A DNA stretch of 57,777 bases from an uncultured bacterium (lineage in GTDB: Bacteria; CALINM01), in assembly GCA_938045315.1 (NCBI GenBank), contig CALINM010000010.1:1-57777 (forward strand). Direction: 5' to 3'. This document shows positions 48,247-56,802 of this stretch, piece after piece. Each line of letters opens with the position of its first letter. Positions within the stretch are counted from its first letter, which is position 1. Made by a program: the position numbers and the translations under genes. Below the pieces are notes generated by a model. That model was not told the DNA's origin. It was given only the letters and a program-made list of their open reading frames with translations, and did no database searches.

Positions 48247-48594
48247 CTAATCTAATGCTTCTCCTTTTATAATAAAAATTCTTGTTTTAGGCTCCTTATT
48301 GGTTCTAACAATTATTGCATTTTCAAATTTTCCAACATTACAGGGAGTAAATCTTACCAATATTTCTGCGCTTTCGCCTTCCTTAATACCCTCTCTCCCG
48401 GAGAGAATTTTTGTCTTAACCCCTCAACCACTCTCAATGCCCTCAATAATAAGTAAACCCTTACTTTCATTTTTTAGTTTAAAAATGTGGCCTAACTCTT
48501 GATTTCTCACAGTTATACCAAAATCATGAATAATAGGGGCAGGGTAACTCTGCCCCATTAAAAATGTAACTACAAATATTAATGCCTTTACCAT
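48247..48594 (-). CDS. DUF1573-like small secreted protein with an in-frame UGA (candidate selenocysteine, codon 57 at 48424-48426)
   Basis: Not in the ORF track. The hand translation is MVKALIFVVTFLMGQSYPAPIIHDFGITVRNQELGHIFKLKNESKGLLIIEGIESG-U-GVKTKILSGREGIKEGESAEILVRFTPCNVGKFENAIIVRTNKEPKTRIFIIKGEALD*. It has a signal peptide and the DUF1573 pattern (FDFG...H.F...N.G...L.I..v..SCGCT....I.PGe...i.V.f......G.f...I.v.tN) on both sides of the UGA. The ATG overlaps the pilY1 stop (ATGGTAA). Confidence 0.65.
48391..48407 (-). promoter_or_regulatory. candidate SECIS hairpin downstream of the DUF1573 UGA
   Basis: The mRNA reads UGA, 16 nt, then UUCUCUC-CGG-GAGAGAG (6 Watson-Crick pairs plus one G-U, with a G-containing apical loop). 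The loop centre is about 24 nt from the UGA. Confidence 0.4.
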
Positions 48595-51500
48595 TTCTCT
48601 CTCCAGAGAACAAAGCCGCTTTTCGCCTGTGCTGCTGTCTGGAACTCAACGGTCATAATCGCACCCGTACTTTGTTGAATAAAAGCCTTCCCACCCTTTT
48701 CTCTACCCATATGTACACTAATGCTTGAAGGAGTACCTCCACCAAGGCCTGTTCTTCTAAGAATTTCTTTTGTACTCGGATTATAGCCAATTATAGGCTT
48801 TGAAAATGCTGTACCCGTTAGAGCATAAAGTGCATATAAATAACCATAACCACCGCCCTGACATATATCTGCGATGGGTAAGTAAGTAGTAAATAAGACT
48901 ACGTCTCCTAAATAAACAGGTTTTGATACGCCTCTCTCGCCATTATCTACCATGTCTGCATACCAACCAAATGTTGAACCCACCGCCAGGCTGTTTTTAA
49001 AAGAATTAAGCATATCCTGAAAGTTTGTAGCTCCTGTAAACCCAGTTACTGTTTCACCAACACCATCATCATCTGTATCTTTTACAACTACGTTGGACAT
49101 ATTAGTTAAATTACTCTCAGTAAGTGCTGTGGTACAACTAACATTGTATGATCCATTAAAGCAAGGATCTTTAAAACCATACATTCTTTCTGGGTAGGTT
49201 ACTGTTTTATCATATACTGAATGGAAAAACCTACCTGAAGAGATGTAAATCCATATATCACTTCCCCTTATACCCACAGCAGGAGCATTCACTAGTGGGT
49301 GTTTAGGCGAACCCGACGCAAATGCGGTAAACACCCTCCTTAAAACCCAGCCAGATGGTGCATCCGTATTTGTAATTAATCTGTACAAATAACCCGCTTG
49401 AGTAGGTATATTTGTACCCTGAACAATCCCTGTATAAACAACATCACTATTCCCGTCCAAATCTACATCGATGCTTACGGGATTGCCAACAAAGGCCGTT
49501 GTAACACCCGTATCTATAATCCAATAGTTACTATTTAGGGTCCAGGTAGAATTATTACCATTAATTTTTACTACAAATATTTTAGCATTTTTACTGCTCC
49601 TGACGAAATAGCCTGAGCTATCTTTATTTGCTGTTCCACCCTCAGGTCCTGAACCGAATATGGCATACCAGTTATCACCTCTTCTAACAACACAGGGATA
49701 ACTCAAAGTAAGACCCAAATCTGGATGAGAAAATTCCCACAGAATTTTTGGTTGGAGTGGGTTGGTAATATCAAGGGCAAAATAGGATGCGTAAAAGGTT
49801 TTGTTTGTACCTCCAATGTTTGCTTGTATCTCACCTCCACCAAGTCTCATACCACCTATTAGAACAGTTCCCCAACCATCCACATGGTCAGTATCGGGTG
49901 TAAACATTTTAGCATCAAACACCTTGGGCTTTAAATCGATCCCATAAATGTGTTTATAAGTTGTTTTTGTTTGCCACTGTAAATGGGGTAAAAACGATGT
50001 GGGAACATAACCCCACAATTCATCCCCAAAGTTTACACCCGTTAGTGGATTACTAAAATATCCATTTTCCACTGCTGTTGTTAATGGATTGTCTCCCTGG
50101 TTAAACTTTCCTGCGTAGAAGGCATGTAAAACACCATCATTAGAACCCGCATATACCACACTTATCCTGTCTTTATGTCTCTTGTAGAAATTATAATAGC
50201 TTTGGTCCCCATAAATGAGGTCATAATTTTCCTGAGGTGCAGCAACAACAGTAGGCGTTGAATATACAATATCCCCCAGCTTCCATACATAATTAGCACC
50301 TCCAATTGTAACACTCCTGCTTCTGTATGTATTATCTTCTATATCCACTGGATCTCCTCTAACAAATCTTAAAATTTTAGCTGCTTCTGAATTACTTCCT
50401 GCTCTAAGGTAATCTCTTAATACAGAGGCGTTTAAAGGATCTAAGTCAACTCTACCAGCTTCAGTACCGTTAATACTCGTAAATAAGTTTCTATCCTCTG
50501 GACTTCTTAAAGCCAATCTCTTACCCGCTTCCCAAAGGCTTTTCACATCAGTTAGTGGGACGGTCGCCTCAGGAGTGGAAGCATCTGGTATTCCATCGCC
50601 GTTACTATCAACATACTTTTCTGCAACAGTATCATTAGAAATTGGATCAACTTTGAATTTTAAAATCCTATCAATTGTCATTTCTAAACTGCCATTTTGG
50701 TTAGTATCTTCTCTTATATTACCATAGGGATCGATTAACAACCCATGAAGATAACCAACCCAGCTAACTGTACCATTTGTCCCTTCTATCGCAGGCTTAA
50801 AAAACGCCTGAAATAAAGCACCCTCTCCCTCTGCAGAAGAGGCAAGAACTGAAACTGCAGTACCTGACGAGGTGCGTTTTAGTATATCTAAAAAGGCATC
50901 TTCTAATTTTTTTTCCAGTTTGAGGGGATTGGTAACCCTAAAATAACTATCAGGCACACCATCACCATTTTCATCCCACTCAGATGTTAAATCAGGTATA
51001 TTGTTCCCATTTTTATCTGTGAAATTACCCCATTTTGCTGCGTACCAGAGGGGATCTTTCAATAATCCTGAAGAGGTACCTGTTACTGTAAAAGTTTTTG
51101 ACCATGTAAGGGGTAGTGTTGCCACATTTGTGGGTGTATCATAGTCACTGGTGTTGGGCACATCTTTATCTTTTACAGTTAAATATATGTTATCCGCATC
51201 TGTTCCGTTTATTACAAAGCCTAACACCTGGTCAACACTACCTGCACCATAATCTGATGTTAAAATTACTTTTATCTGGTTTGATTGGAGTCCTGATCCA
51301 CCGCAACTACCAAGATTTGCATATTCAGCTGCTTTTGTACAAATTTCGTATGTAACGATCGCATCCATATCGTGGTCAGAACCATGTTCTGAGTCTTCAT
51401 AGTTGACCTTAAATTTCATGTAAATAGGGTTATTTGTATTGTCATATTCTATGCGTTCAAAATAGAAATCCACTATCTGATTTGTGGGGCAATAAGCTGT

Positions 51501-54209
51501 TGATGAACAGTTGGTTAAATGTAAACCATCAGCATCCTTTGTAACATTACATTTTGAGTAGCATGAAGTGTAGGCTTGCGTTCCACTTATGCTTTTGCCC
51601 GTTGGCACAAGGATAACTTTTTTTCCTTCCACATTAAATGCTATATCTGGAACATTTGTTTCTTGAACGACACTATAATACCCTACATTTGGAAATCCCG
51701 TTTTAGCCTTAAGTTGAGTGTGGCCATAATAAGCAACTGCTGCTGAATAATAACTGCCTTCTCTAGTGGGTTCGGAAGGACAAATGCCCCTTATGTATGA
51801 AAGATTCATAACACTTTTTGAGGAACATACAAAATCTTTAGTGCTTCCAGATTCACCAATTATCCATGAACCTCCTGATATACCTTCATTAGTACCAATA
51901 ATATTTGCAAGAGTAGAGACGTTTAAATCTGGTAAATCGCCGGGAAAGGATTTAAAGCTTGATCCTGGCAAATCGTCGGAATCGTAGCTTACGTATTTGT
52001 CTGTTAAAGTTATCACAAAGGGCTTCGAGCAAAGGGGGTAAACACCGTTTGTAACACCACTAATAGGATTATCAAATAAAGGATATGTAGCAGAGCCCGT
52101 TGAAAATTTATTCCATGTGGGTTTTGAGAGACTAAGTCCCATATCAGCATTTGTTGAATATGTATATGCAGAAGTAGGTGTTCTCTTATCGGCGAAGTAT
52201 CTCGTCGCCTCATAAATCATCTCTCCTATTGGATTGCCCCACATCTTCTTGCAATAAGAAGTTTCATCCATTTTATCTATTGATGGAACGCAGCCATAGC
52301 TATACGATCCATAATCAAATCCTATGGCAGTCATTCTATCAAGGGTTAAAACTATGTTACCACCCACGTTTTCAGAGGATTGAAAGATTCCAGAGCTTTC
52401 ATTTGCTTCATCATTTATGGCCCATATATTTTTTCTTAAAACACCGCCCGACAAATTTTTTGTATACGAACCTGTTATCATACCAAAATAAATTCTTGCA
52501 TCGGGAATACATAACCCCCCCGTTGTCCCACAGTCTGCATTATTAGAACAGGGTGTCCTTGTTTTTGAACAAACCTTTTGGTTTGCTGGACCTTCTCCAT
52601 ATTTTTGGAGTAAACCAACGGGCTTATAATTATTACCATACTTTTTACAGTTTCTCTCCAAACCAACGGAGGGATCACAAACTTTCACTCTCACATAGTA
52701 GTCTGTTGGTGTAACATTTATCCTTGTTCCAGAATTATTTACAATTTGATTTCCACACACCGGCCTTTCTATTGATGCCCAGTTAGATACCCTTTCTTCT
52801 CTATCAAGAAGTACCCTTATTTTGTGGGCATCACCATTACTTGTTGATGTCATACAAAATAAATGTCTTTTCTCTGTTCCTCCCGAACCTCCACAATCAA
52901 CAGTTGTATTACCTGGAAGAGGTTCTCCCAAAGTTATAAAATCATTCAACCTTTTAAGCCTGCAGGGGTTATCAATATTTGGTGCTCTTAGTGATAATGC
53001 ACCTGTACCTGTAACACTACCAAATATTTTATAACTATTGCCTCTTGCAAAATTTGATCCTGGTAAAGCATATTTCACTATTACCGCTTCATCTCCTGTA
53101 AGATCTCTATGCCTTACTATTAACCTGTACCACCTTCCACCTGTTAGATTTATCTGTGCTCTATAAGCAAACCCATTACTTACGCCATGAACTCCATACC
53201 AGCCAAGAATTCCATCATCAATGGTTGCTGAACTTCCTGGAAGGGGCTCAAAGTTTACTCTCGTCATCGTATTTACATCTATTATCTCTAACTCTATTGA
53301 ATCATCACCATCTATGGCAAATGCCCAGTAACCACTTACACTTGCCTGAAATTCTGTTACAACAAAGTAATTTCCATGATCACCACCCAGTCCAAACAGT
53401 GGATTAGAGAGATTTATTTGTCTTGTGTAATTGTGTGATCTATAATTACACGGTGAGTAAGTAGCCATTAGTTCATTATGATTGGTTGGCGCAGGTTTAT
53501 TAACACCATCTCTGTATACGACCCATAATATACCATTGTTTTCTGTTTGATTCCAGGGCACGGTACCATTTGGTGTTGTACAAACTGCACCACCTGCCCC
53601 CGTTGGAGGATCAAAGGGGGTAAGCATTCTTGTATCAGATCCTGAGTACTCTTTTCCCCAGCTATGGGCATCCTGGGGGATAAATGCCCCTTCTAAAACT
53701 GTTTCAGATGAACTATCGGTGCTTCTATGACCTCCATAAAGTACTTTCTTTATCACATCTATCCTTGCCATTGATAACCAGTTTAGAAAATTCCCACTCC
53801 ATTCGTTTGCACCACCACAGTAGTGATGATTACCAGTAGTTAATGGATTGATCACTCTTGTAGGTACAAACTTTGGTTGCCCTGTGCTGTCATAAACATA
53901 GCATTTCCATGGATCAAAGTATCCATAGTAGTCTATAGCATCGTTATAAGTAGTATCAATTATACCGTCATCATTTAGATCTGTTGTGTCTGTATATGCC
54001 TCATAATAATTTCTGTGATCTCTACCTAAAACAAGCATAACTAAAGGTGGTGCATTTACAATATTAAAAGGGGGATAAGCTTCGTAGTCTGAATTTTCAG
54101 GAGCAGCAGGTGTCCCGGCAATTATAAATGTGGACCTTAATGTTAAAGAGAAAAATAAAACTATTATTAAAAGCCCAAAAACCCCTCTTTGTATATCTTT
54201 GTAGCTCAT
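48588..54209 (-). CDS. pilY1: giant type IV pilus tip adhesin PilY1-family protein with an inserted PA14 domain
   Basis: Start ATG 54209 (MSYKDIQRG..., signal/TM) lies 8 nt after an AGGAGG SD and 1 nt after the pilX stop. The N-terminal region PPLVMLVLGRDHRNYYEAY...YYGYFD..CY is PilY1 N-terminal-like. PA14 spans about aa 233-392 of the track ORF (53058..53537). The C-terminal ~570 aa is a PilY1 beta-propeller (VVYAGSNDGVLHAFYAG, and the DVDLDGNSD Ca-loop at 49443..49469). Confidence 0.85.
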   Translation of the reverse strand: MSYKDIQRGVFGLLIIVLFFSLTLRSTFIIAGTPAAPENSDYEAYPPFNIVNAPPLVMLVLGRDHRNYYEAYTDTTDLNDDGIIDTTYNDAIDYYGYFDPWKCYVYDSTGQPKFVPTRVINPLTTGNHHYCGGANEWSGNFLNWLSMARIDVIKKVLYGGHRSTDSSSETVLEGAFIPQDAHSWGKEYSGSDTRMLTPFDPPTGAGGAVCTTPNGTVPWNQTENNGILWVVYRDGVNKPAPTNHNELMATYSPCNYRSHNYTRQINLSNPLFGLGGDHGNYFVVTEFQASVSGYWAFAIDGDDSIELEIIDVNTMTRVNFEPLPGSSATIDDGILGWYGVHGVSNGFAYRAQINLTGGRWYRLIVRHRDLTGDEAVIVKYALPGSNFARGNSYKIFGSVTGTGALSLRAPNIDNPCRLKRLNDFITLGEPLPGNTTVDCGGSGGTEKRHLFCMTSTSNGDAHKIRVLLDREERVSNWASIERPVCGNQIVNNSGTRINVTPTDYYVRVKVCDPSVGLERNCKKYGNNYKPVGLLQKYGEGPANQKVCSKTRTPCSNNADCGTTGGLCIPDARIYFGMITGSYTKNLSGGVLRKNIWAINDEANESSGIFQSSENVGGNIVLTLDRMTAIGFDYGSYSYGCVPSIDKMDETSYCKKMWGNPIGEMIYEATRYFADKRTPTSAYTYSTNADMGLSLSKPTWNKFSTGSATYPLFDNPISGVTNGVYPLCSKPFVITLTDKYVSYDSDDLPGSSFKSFPGDLPDLNVSTLANIIGTNEGISGGSWIIGESGSTKDFVCSSKSVMNLSYIRGICPSEPTREGSYYSAAVAYYGHTQLKAKTGFPNVGYYSVVQETNVPDIAFNVEGKKVILVPTGKSISGTQAYTSCYSKCNVTKDADGLHLTNCSSTAYCPTNQIVDFYFERIEYDNTNNPIYMKFKVNYEDSEHGSDHDMDAIVTYEICTKAAEYANLGSCGGSGLQSNQIKVILTSDYGAGSVDQVLGFVINGTDADNIYLTVKDKDVPNTSDYDTPTNVATLPLTWSKTFTVTGTSSGLLKDPLWYAAKWGNFTDKNGNNIPDLTSEWDENGDGVPDSYFRVTNPLKLEKKLEDAFLDILKRTSSGTAVSVLASSAEGEGALFQAFFKPAIEGTNGTVSWVGYLHGLLIDPYGNIREDTNQNGSLEMTIDRILKFKVDPISNDTVAEKYVDSNGDGIPDASTPEATVPLTDVKSLWEAGKRLALRSPEDRNLFTSINGTEAGRVDLDPLNASVLRDYLRAGSNSEAAKILRFVRGDPVDIEDNTYRSRSVTIGGANYVWKLGDIVYSTPTVVAAPQENYDLIYGDQSYYNFYKRHKDRISVVYAGSNDGVLHAFYAGKFNQGDNPLTTAVENGYFSNPLTGVNFGDELWGYVPTSFLPHLQWQTKTTYKHIYGIDLKPKVFDAKMFTPDTDHVDGWGTVLIGGMRLGGGEIQANIGGTNKTFYASYFALDITNPLQPKILWEFSHPDLGLTLSYPCVVRRGDNWYAIFGSGPEGGTANKDSSGYFVRSSKNAKIFVVKINGNNSTWTLNSNYWIIDTGVTTAFVGNPVSIDVDLDGNSDVVYTGIVQGTNIPTQAGYLYRLITNTDAPSGWVLRRVFTAFASGSPKHPLVNAPAVGIRGSDIWIYISSGRFFHSVYDKTVTYPERMYGFKDPCFNGSYNVSCTTALTESNLTNMSNVVVKDTDDDGVGETVTGFTGATNFQDMLNSFKNSLAVGSTFGWYADMVDNGERGVSKPVYLGDVVLFTTYLPIADICQGGGYGYLYALYALTGTAFSKPIIGYNPSTKEILRRTGLGGGTPSSISVHMGREKGGKAFIQQSTGAIMTVEFQTAAQAKSGFVLWREKW

Positions 54210-54210
54210 T

Positions 54211-54813
54211 TTATTTACCTCCTGAAATTCCAAGAACTTTTCTGTAAATGCCTAAAACATTTGATTTTGCATTAAGCTCTGTCTTGCCTAAAGATTCTAT
54301 TTGAATATAGTAATAAACGCCGCCTGATGCAGCTCCTGCGCCTATGCCTTCATATCCACTCGCGAACTCACCACTTGTTGTTCCAGTAAAATCTACTGAC
54401 CCTACCTTGCCTAAATTTATAAATGCCTTATTTCCATTTTTAACCGTAATTGTAATATCAGGAGAATTTATAACATCATCGTTTGGCACGGCAAAACCAA
54501 GGAGTTCTTCAACAAGGCTTTTTCCATCCCCATCGTTATCGTTGCCTGTACCATCATCATTAAATGTTACAATATTTGCAGGATATGCACCCGCAGGTGG
54601 TATAGACTTTTCACTAAGTATTCTATCTACAATATGTGTGGTATAGTTTAATCCTCCATCTGCTATGTAAAATGCTTGCTTTGCCTGCTCAGCATAAAGC
54701 ATCTGCTTTATCCCCGTTGATGACATATCTAAATACGCCATAAGCATAAAACTTAATAGGAGCATAAATATAAGAGCCGTTATTAGAATACTGCCATTTT
54801 CTTTATTTGACAT
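54211..54813 (-). CDS. pilX: PilX-like minor pilin (PilX N-terminal domain)
   Basis: 200 aa. N-terminus NGSILITALIFMLLLSFMLMAYLDMSS...EQAKQAFYIADGG is typical of PilX_N. It sits between pilW and pilY1. Confidence 0.75.
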   Translation of the reverse strand: MSNKENGSILITALIFMLLLSFMLMAYLDMSSTGIKQMLYAEQAKQAFYIADGGLNYTTHIVDRILSEKSIPPAGAYPANIVTFNDDGTGNDNDGDGKSLVEELLGFAVPNDDVINSPDITITVKNGNKAFINLGKVGSVDFTGTTSGEFASGYEGIGAGAASGGVYYYIQIESLGKTELNAKSNVLGIYRKVLGISGGK

Positions 54814-54816
54814 TTT

Positions 54817-55776
54817 TTAACTCCCTAAATAAGCATTTCTTAAGTCAACAGTGGTTGTAAATATAAGTCTTCTATAGTTTCTTAATGAAGGCGGTGGATT
54901 ATATCTTTTTGCTACAGAAACCATCCCTGTACTGCTAATTCCAAGAAAATATGTTCTACCATCATTATAATTAGGATCTGGAACGCTACCCCTCACCACC
55001 AACCAAATCTTTATTGCTTTAATCTGGTCTACTTTATTAGTACCATCACTTACATTATTTACCCATCGGTCTATATAACCATCACCATTAGTATCTAATC
55101 CATATTGGAACTGTAGATCCTCCACATTTTCAAGAACAGGCTGATTTCCATTGTTTTCAAAATTGTTTCTGCGTAGCACTCCACTGTTGTCAACATAGTA
55201 TCTTAAATCCTGTATTCCATTAAAAATTGTTCCCTCTTTATGGTTGTAGTTAAGACCATTCCCATTACCAAAGCCTATATTTTGTCTATTGGTTCCAGAT
55301 ACATTTTTTATCACTCTAATTTCAGAATTTCCACTGGGACCTGCTATTGTTATGTAGTTGCCCACAGAAAATTTTGCTCTCGACCTGTATGCTACCGTTA
55401 TTGTCTCTTTACTTGGATCATCATCTTCTATAGTAGTACCCAGTACACTGCTTATATTGCCGTATATTCCCTGGAAGTTCCCCCTGATCCTTATAGCATC
55501 AGTTCCAGTGTCAGAATTAATGCTACTTAAAACTGCAAACGTTCTGCCATCCTTAAAGTAATAATTTTTATCCCTAAGTCCAGATCCTAACATTCTTATT
55601 TCCTTAGCCATATAATCTAAAACTGCTTTAGCCGCATATTGTGTTTCTCCTATATCGCTATGTATAGAGTATGTTCTAGATTGGGTTACAAAAACTGAAG
55701 CAAGGGATGCAATCAAAATTCCACCCACTGCCATTACTATTAACAATTCAACGAGAGAAAAACCTTTATTATTCAT
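54817..55776 (-). CDS. pilW: PilW-like minor pilin
   Basis: 319 aa. Prepilin cleavage/methylation motif KGFSLVELLIVMAVGGIL, with size and position matching PilW. Confidence 0.8.
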   Translation of the reverse strand: MNNKGFSLVELLIVMAVGGILIASLASVFVTQSRTYSIHSDIGETQYAAKAVLDYMAKEIRMLGSGLRDKNYYFKDGRTFAVLSSINSDTGTDAIRIRGNFQGIYGNISSVLGTTIEDDDPSKETITVAYRSRAKFSVGNYITIAGPSGNSEIRVIKNVSGTNRQNIGFGNGNGLNYNHKEGTIFNGIQDLRYYVDNSGVLRRNNFENNGNQPVLENVEDLQFQYGLDTNGDGYIDRWVNNVSDGTNKVDQIKAIKIWLVVRGSVPDPNYNDGRTYFLGISSTGMVSVAKRYNPPPSLRNYRRLIFTTTVDLRNAYLGS

Positions 55777-55786
55777 AATCCTTACC

Positions 55787-56212
55787 TCAATGGGGTAAAA
55801 TGTAAGTATCGAATTCTAACTTATGTTTAAAAGTGCCTTCACCCCAGTGAACAACCACACTTACAGGAAAGGGGCGAGTGTTTGTTACACTTATTTCTGC
55901 CCATGAACCGGGGTATTTATTAAGTATTTCTCTAAAGTAATCAAAATCACTACTTGCTGGTAGAGATGCAGGTTTTGTTGAAGTATCATTAGTTTTAATT
56001 CCATTGTAAGAAAGTAGTGTCTGGTCATCTGATGCATTACTTATAATTCTTTCAATAATCTCTTGTCCAATATTTTGCATCTGGGCAGATAGCTTATTTC
56101 TTGATTGAACCTTGAGCGCCGTTGTTTGCATGGAGACTACTGCAAGTATACCCACTGTTAAAAGGGACATTGCTATTAGAATTTCTATTAAACTAAAACC
56201 TCTATTATCCAT
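55787..56212 (-). CDS. pilV: PilV-like minor pilin
   Basis: 141 aa. RGFSLIEILIAMSLLTVGILAVVSMQTTAL is typical of PilV. Confidence 0.8.
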   Translation of the reverse strand: MDNRGFSLIEILIAMSLLTVGILAVVSMQTTALKVQSRNKLSAQMQNIGQEIIERIISNASDDQTLLSYNGIKTNDTSTKPASLPASSDFDYFREILNKYPGSWAEISVTNTRPFPVSVVVHWGEGTFKHKLEFDTYILPH

Positions 56213-56221
56213 AATTATACC

Positions 56222-56677
56222 TCATTGAATTTTGATCCTACCATATCCAGAAATTATTATGTTTTTTATTCTATTTCCATATTTAAAAGTAAGTGTCGTA
56301 TTAGTACCCAAAATTATCCCCGTAGGTGGTATACCTATATATTTAGCTGTATTTGTTACGTGTGCAAGTTTTTGATCTAACTTAAGCCTATTTATTACAG
56401 TCTCTCCACTATCTAATGTATTATTTCTATTAGCGTCTATAAACATCGTTACAGTTATCCCATAACCCTCGGGAAATATAAGGCCAATCTGATCATTATG
56501 CTTCAAGGATGCACTTTTAGCTAAATTTATGAAGGAAACAATCTTTTGCATCTCCCCTTTCATAACATATATTTCTCTCATACGTGAAAAATTTGGTATA
56601 GCTATTCCCGAAAGAATACCTATTATAGCTATAACTATAAGAGCTTCCACAAGCGTAAATGCCCTTTCATTTTTCAT
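56222..56677 (-). CDS. fimT: FimT/GspH-like minor pilin
   Basis: Start set at ATG 56677 (MKNERAFTLVEALIVIAIIGILSGIAIP prepilin motif). The 33 extra N-terminal codons in the ORF track are not pilin-like. Confidence 0.78.
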   Translation of the reverse strand: MKNERAFTLVEALIVIAIIGILSGIAIPNFSRMREIYVMKGEMQKIVSFINLAKSASLKHNDQIGLIFPEGYGITVTMFIDANRNNTLDSGETVINRLKLDQKLAHVTNTAKYIGIPPTGIILGTNTTLTFKYGNRIKNIIISGYGRIKIQ

Positions 56678-56802
56678 AATTAAAAATAATGCAAAAAGCT
56701 TGCCAATATTTGTATTATATTTATTATGCCAAAAAGTGAGTATGCCGAAGTTGTTTTGTTTGATTTCCACCTTCAACCTTTAATTTATAGTATACCCGAA
56801 CA

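Noticed and set aside
48299-48502. 67-aa plus-strand ORF between dnaJ and pilY1
   Set aside because: It is antisense to the DUF1573-like reading frame, which has a signal peptide, family motifs and start/stop coupling to pilY1.
51116-53407. Several 66-122-aa plus-strand ORFs, and minus-strand off-frame ORFs, inside pilY1
   Set aside because: They are embedded in a single uninterrupted 1873-codon gene with clear domain homology. These are typical shadow ORFs.
54210-54233. 8-codon upstream extension of pilY1; likewise 56678..56776 for fimT
   Set aside because: An AGGAGG SD lies within the pilY1 extension just before ATG 54209. The fimT extension precedes the prepilin leader and is not pilin-like.
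48247-56677. The pilus operon as a horizontally acquired island, because it looks somewhat more GC-rich than its neighbours
   Set aside because: There are no flanking repeats, integrase or tRNA junction. The composition shift is explained by the Gly/Thr/Asp/Pro-rich protein content. G+C was not computed.
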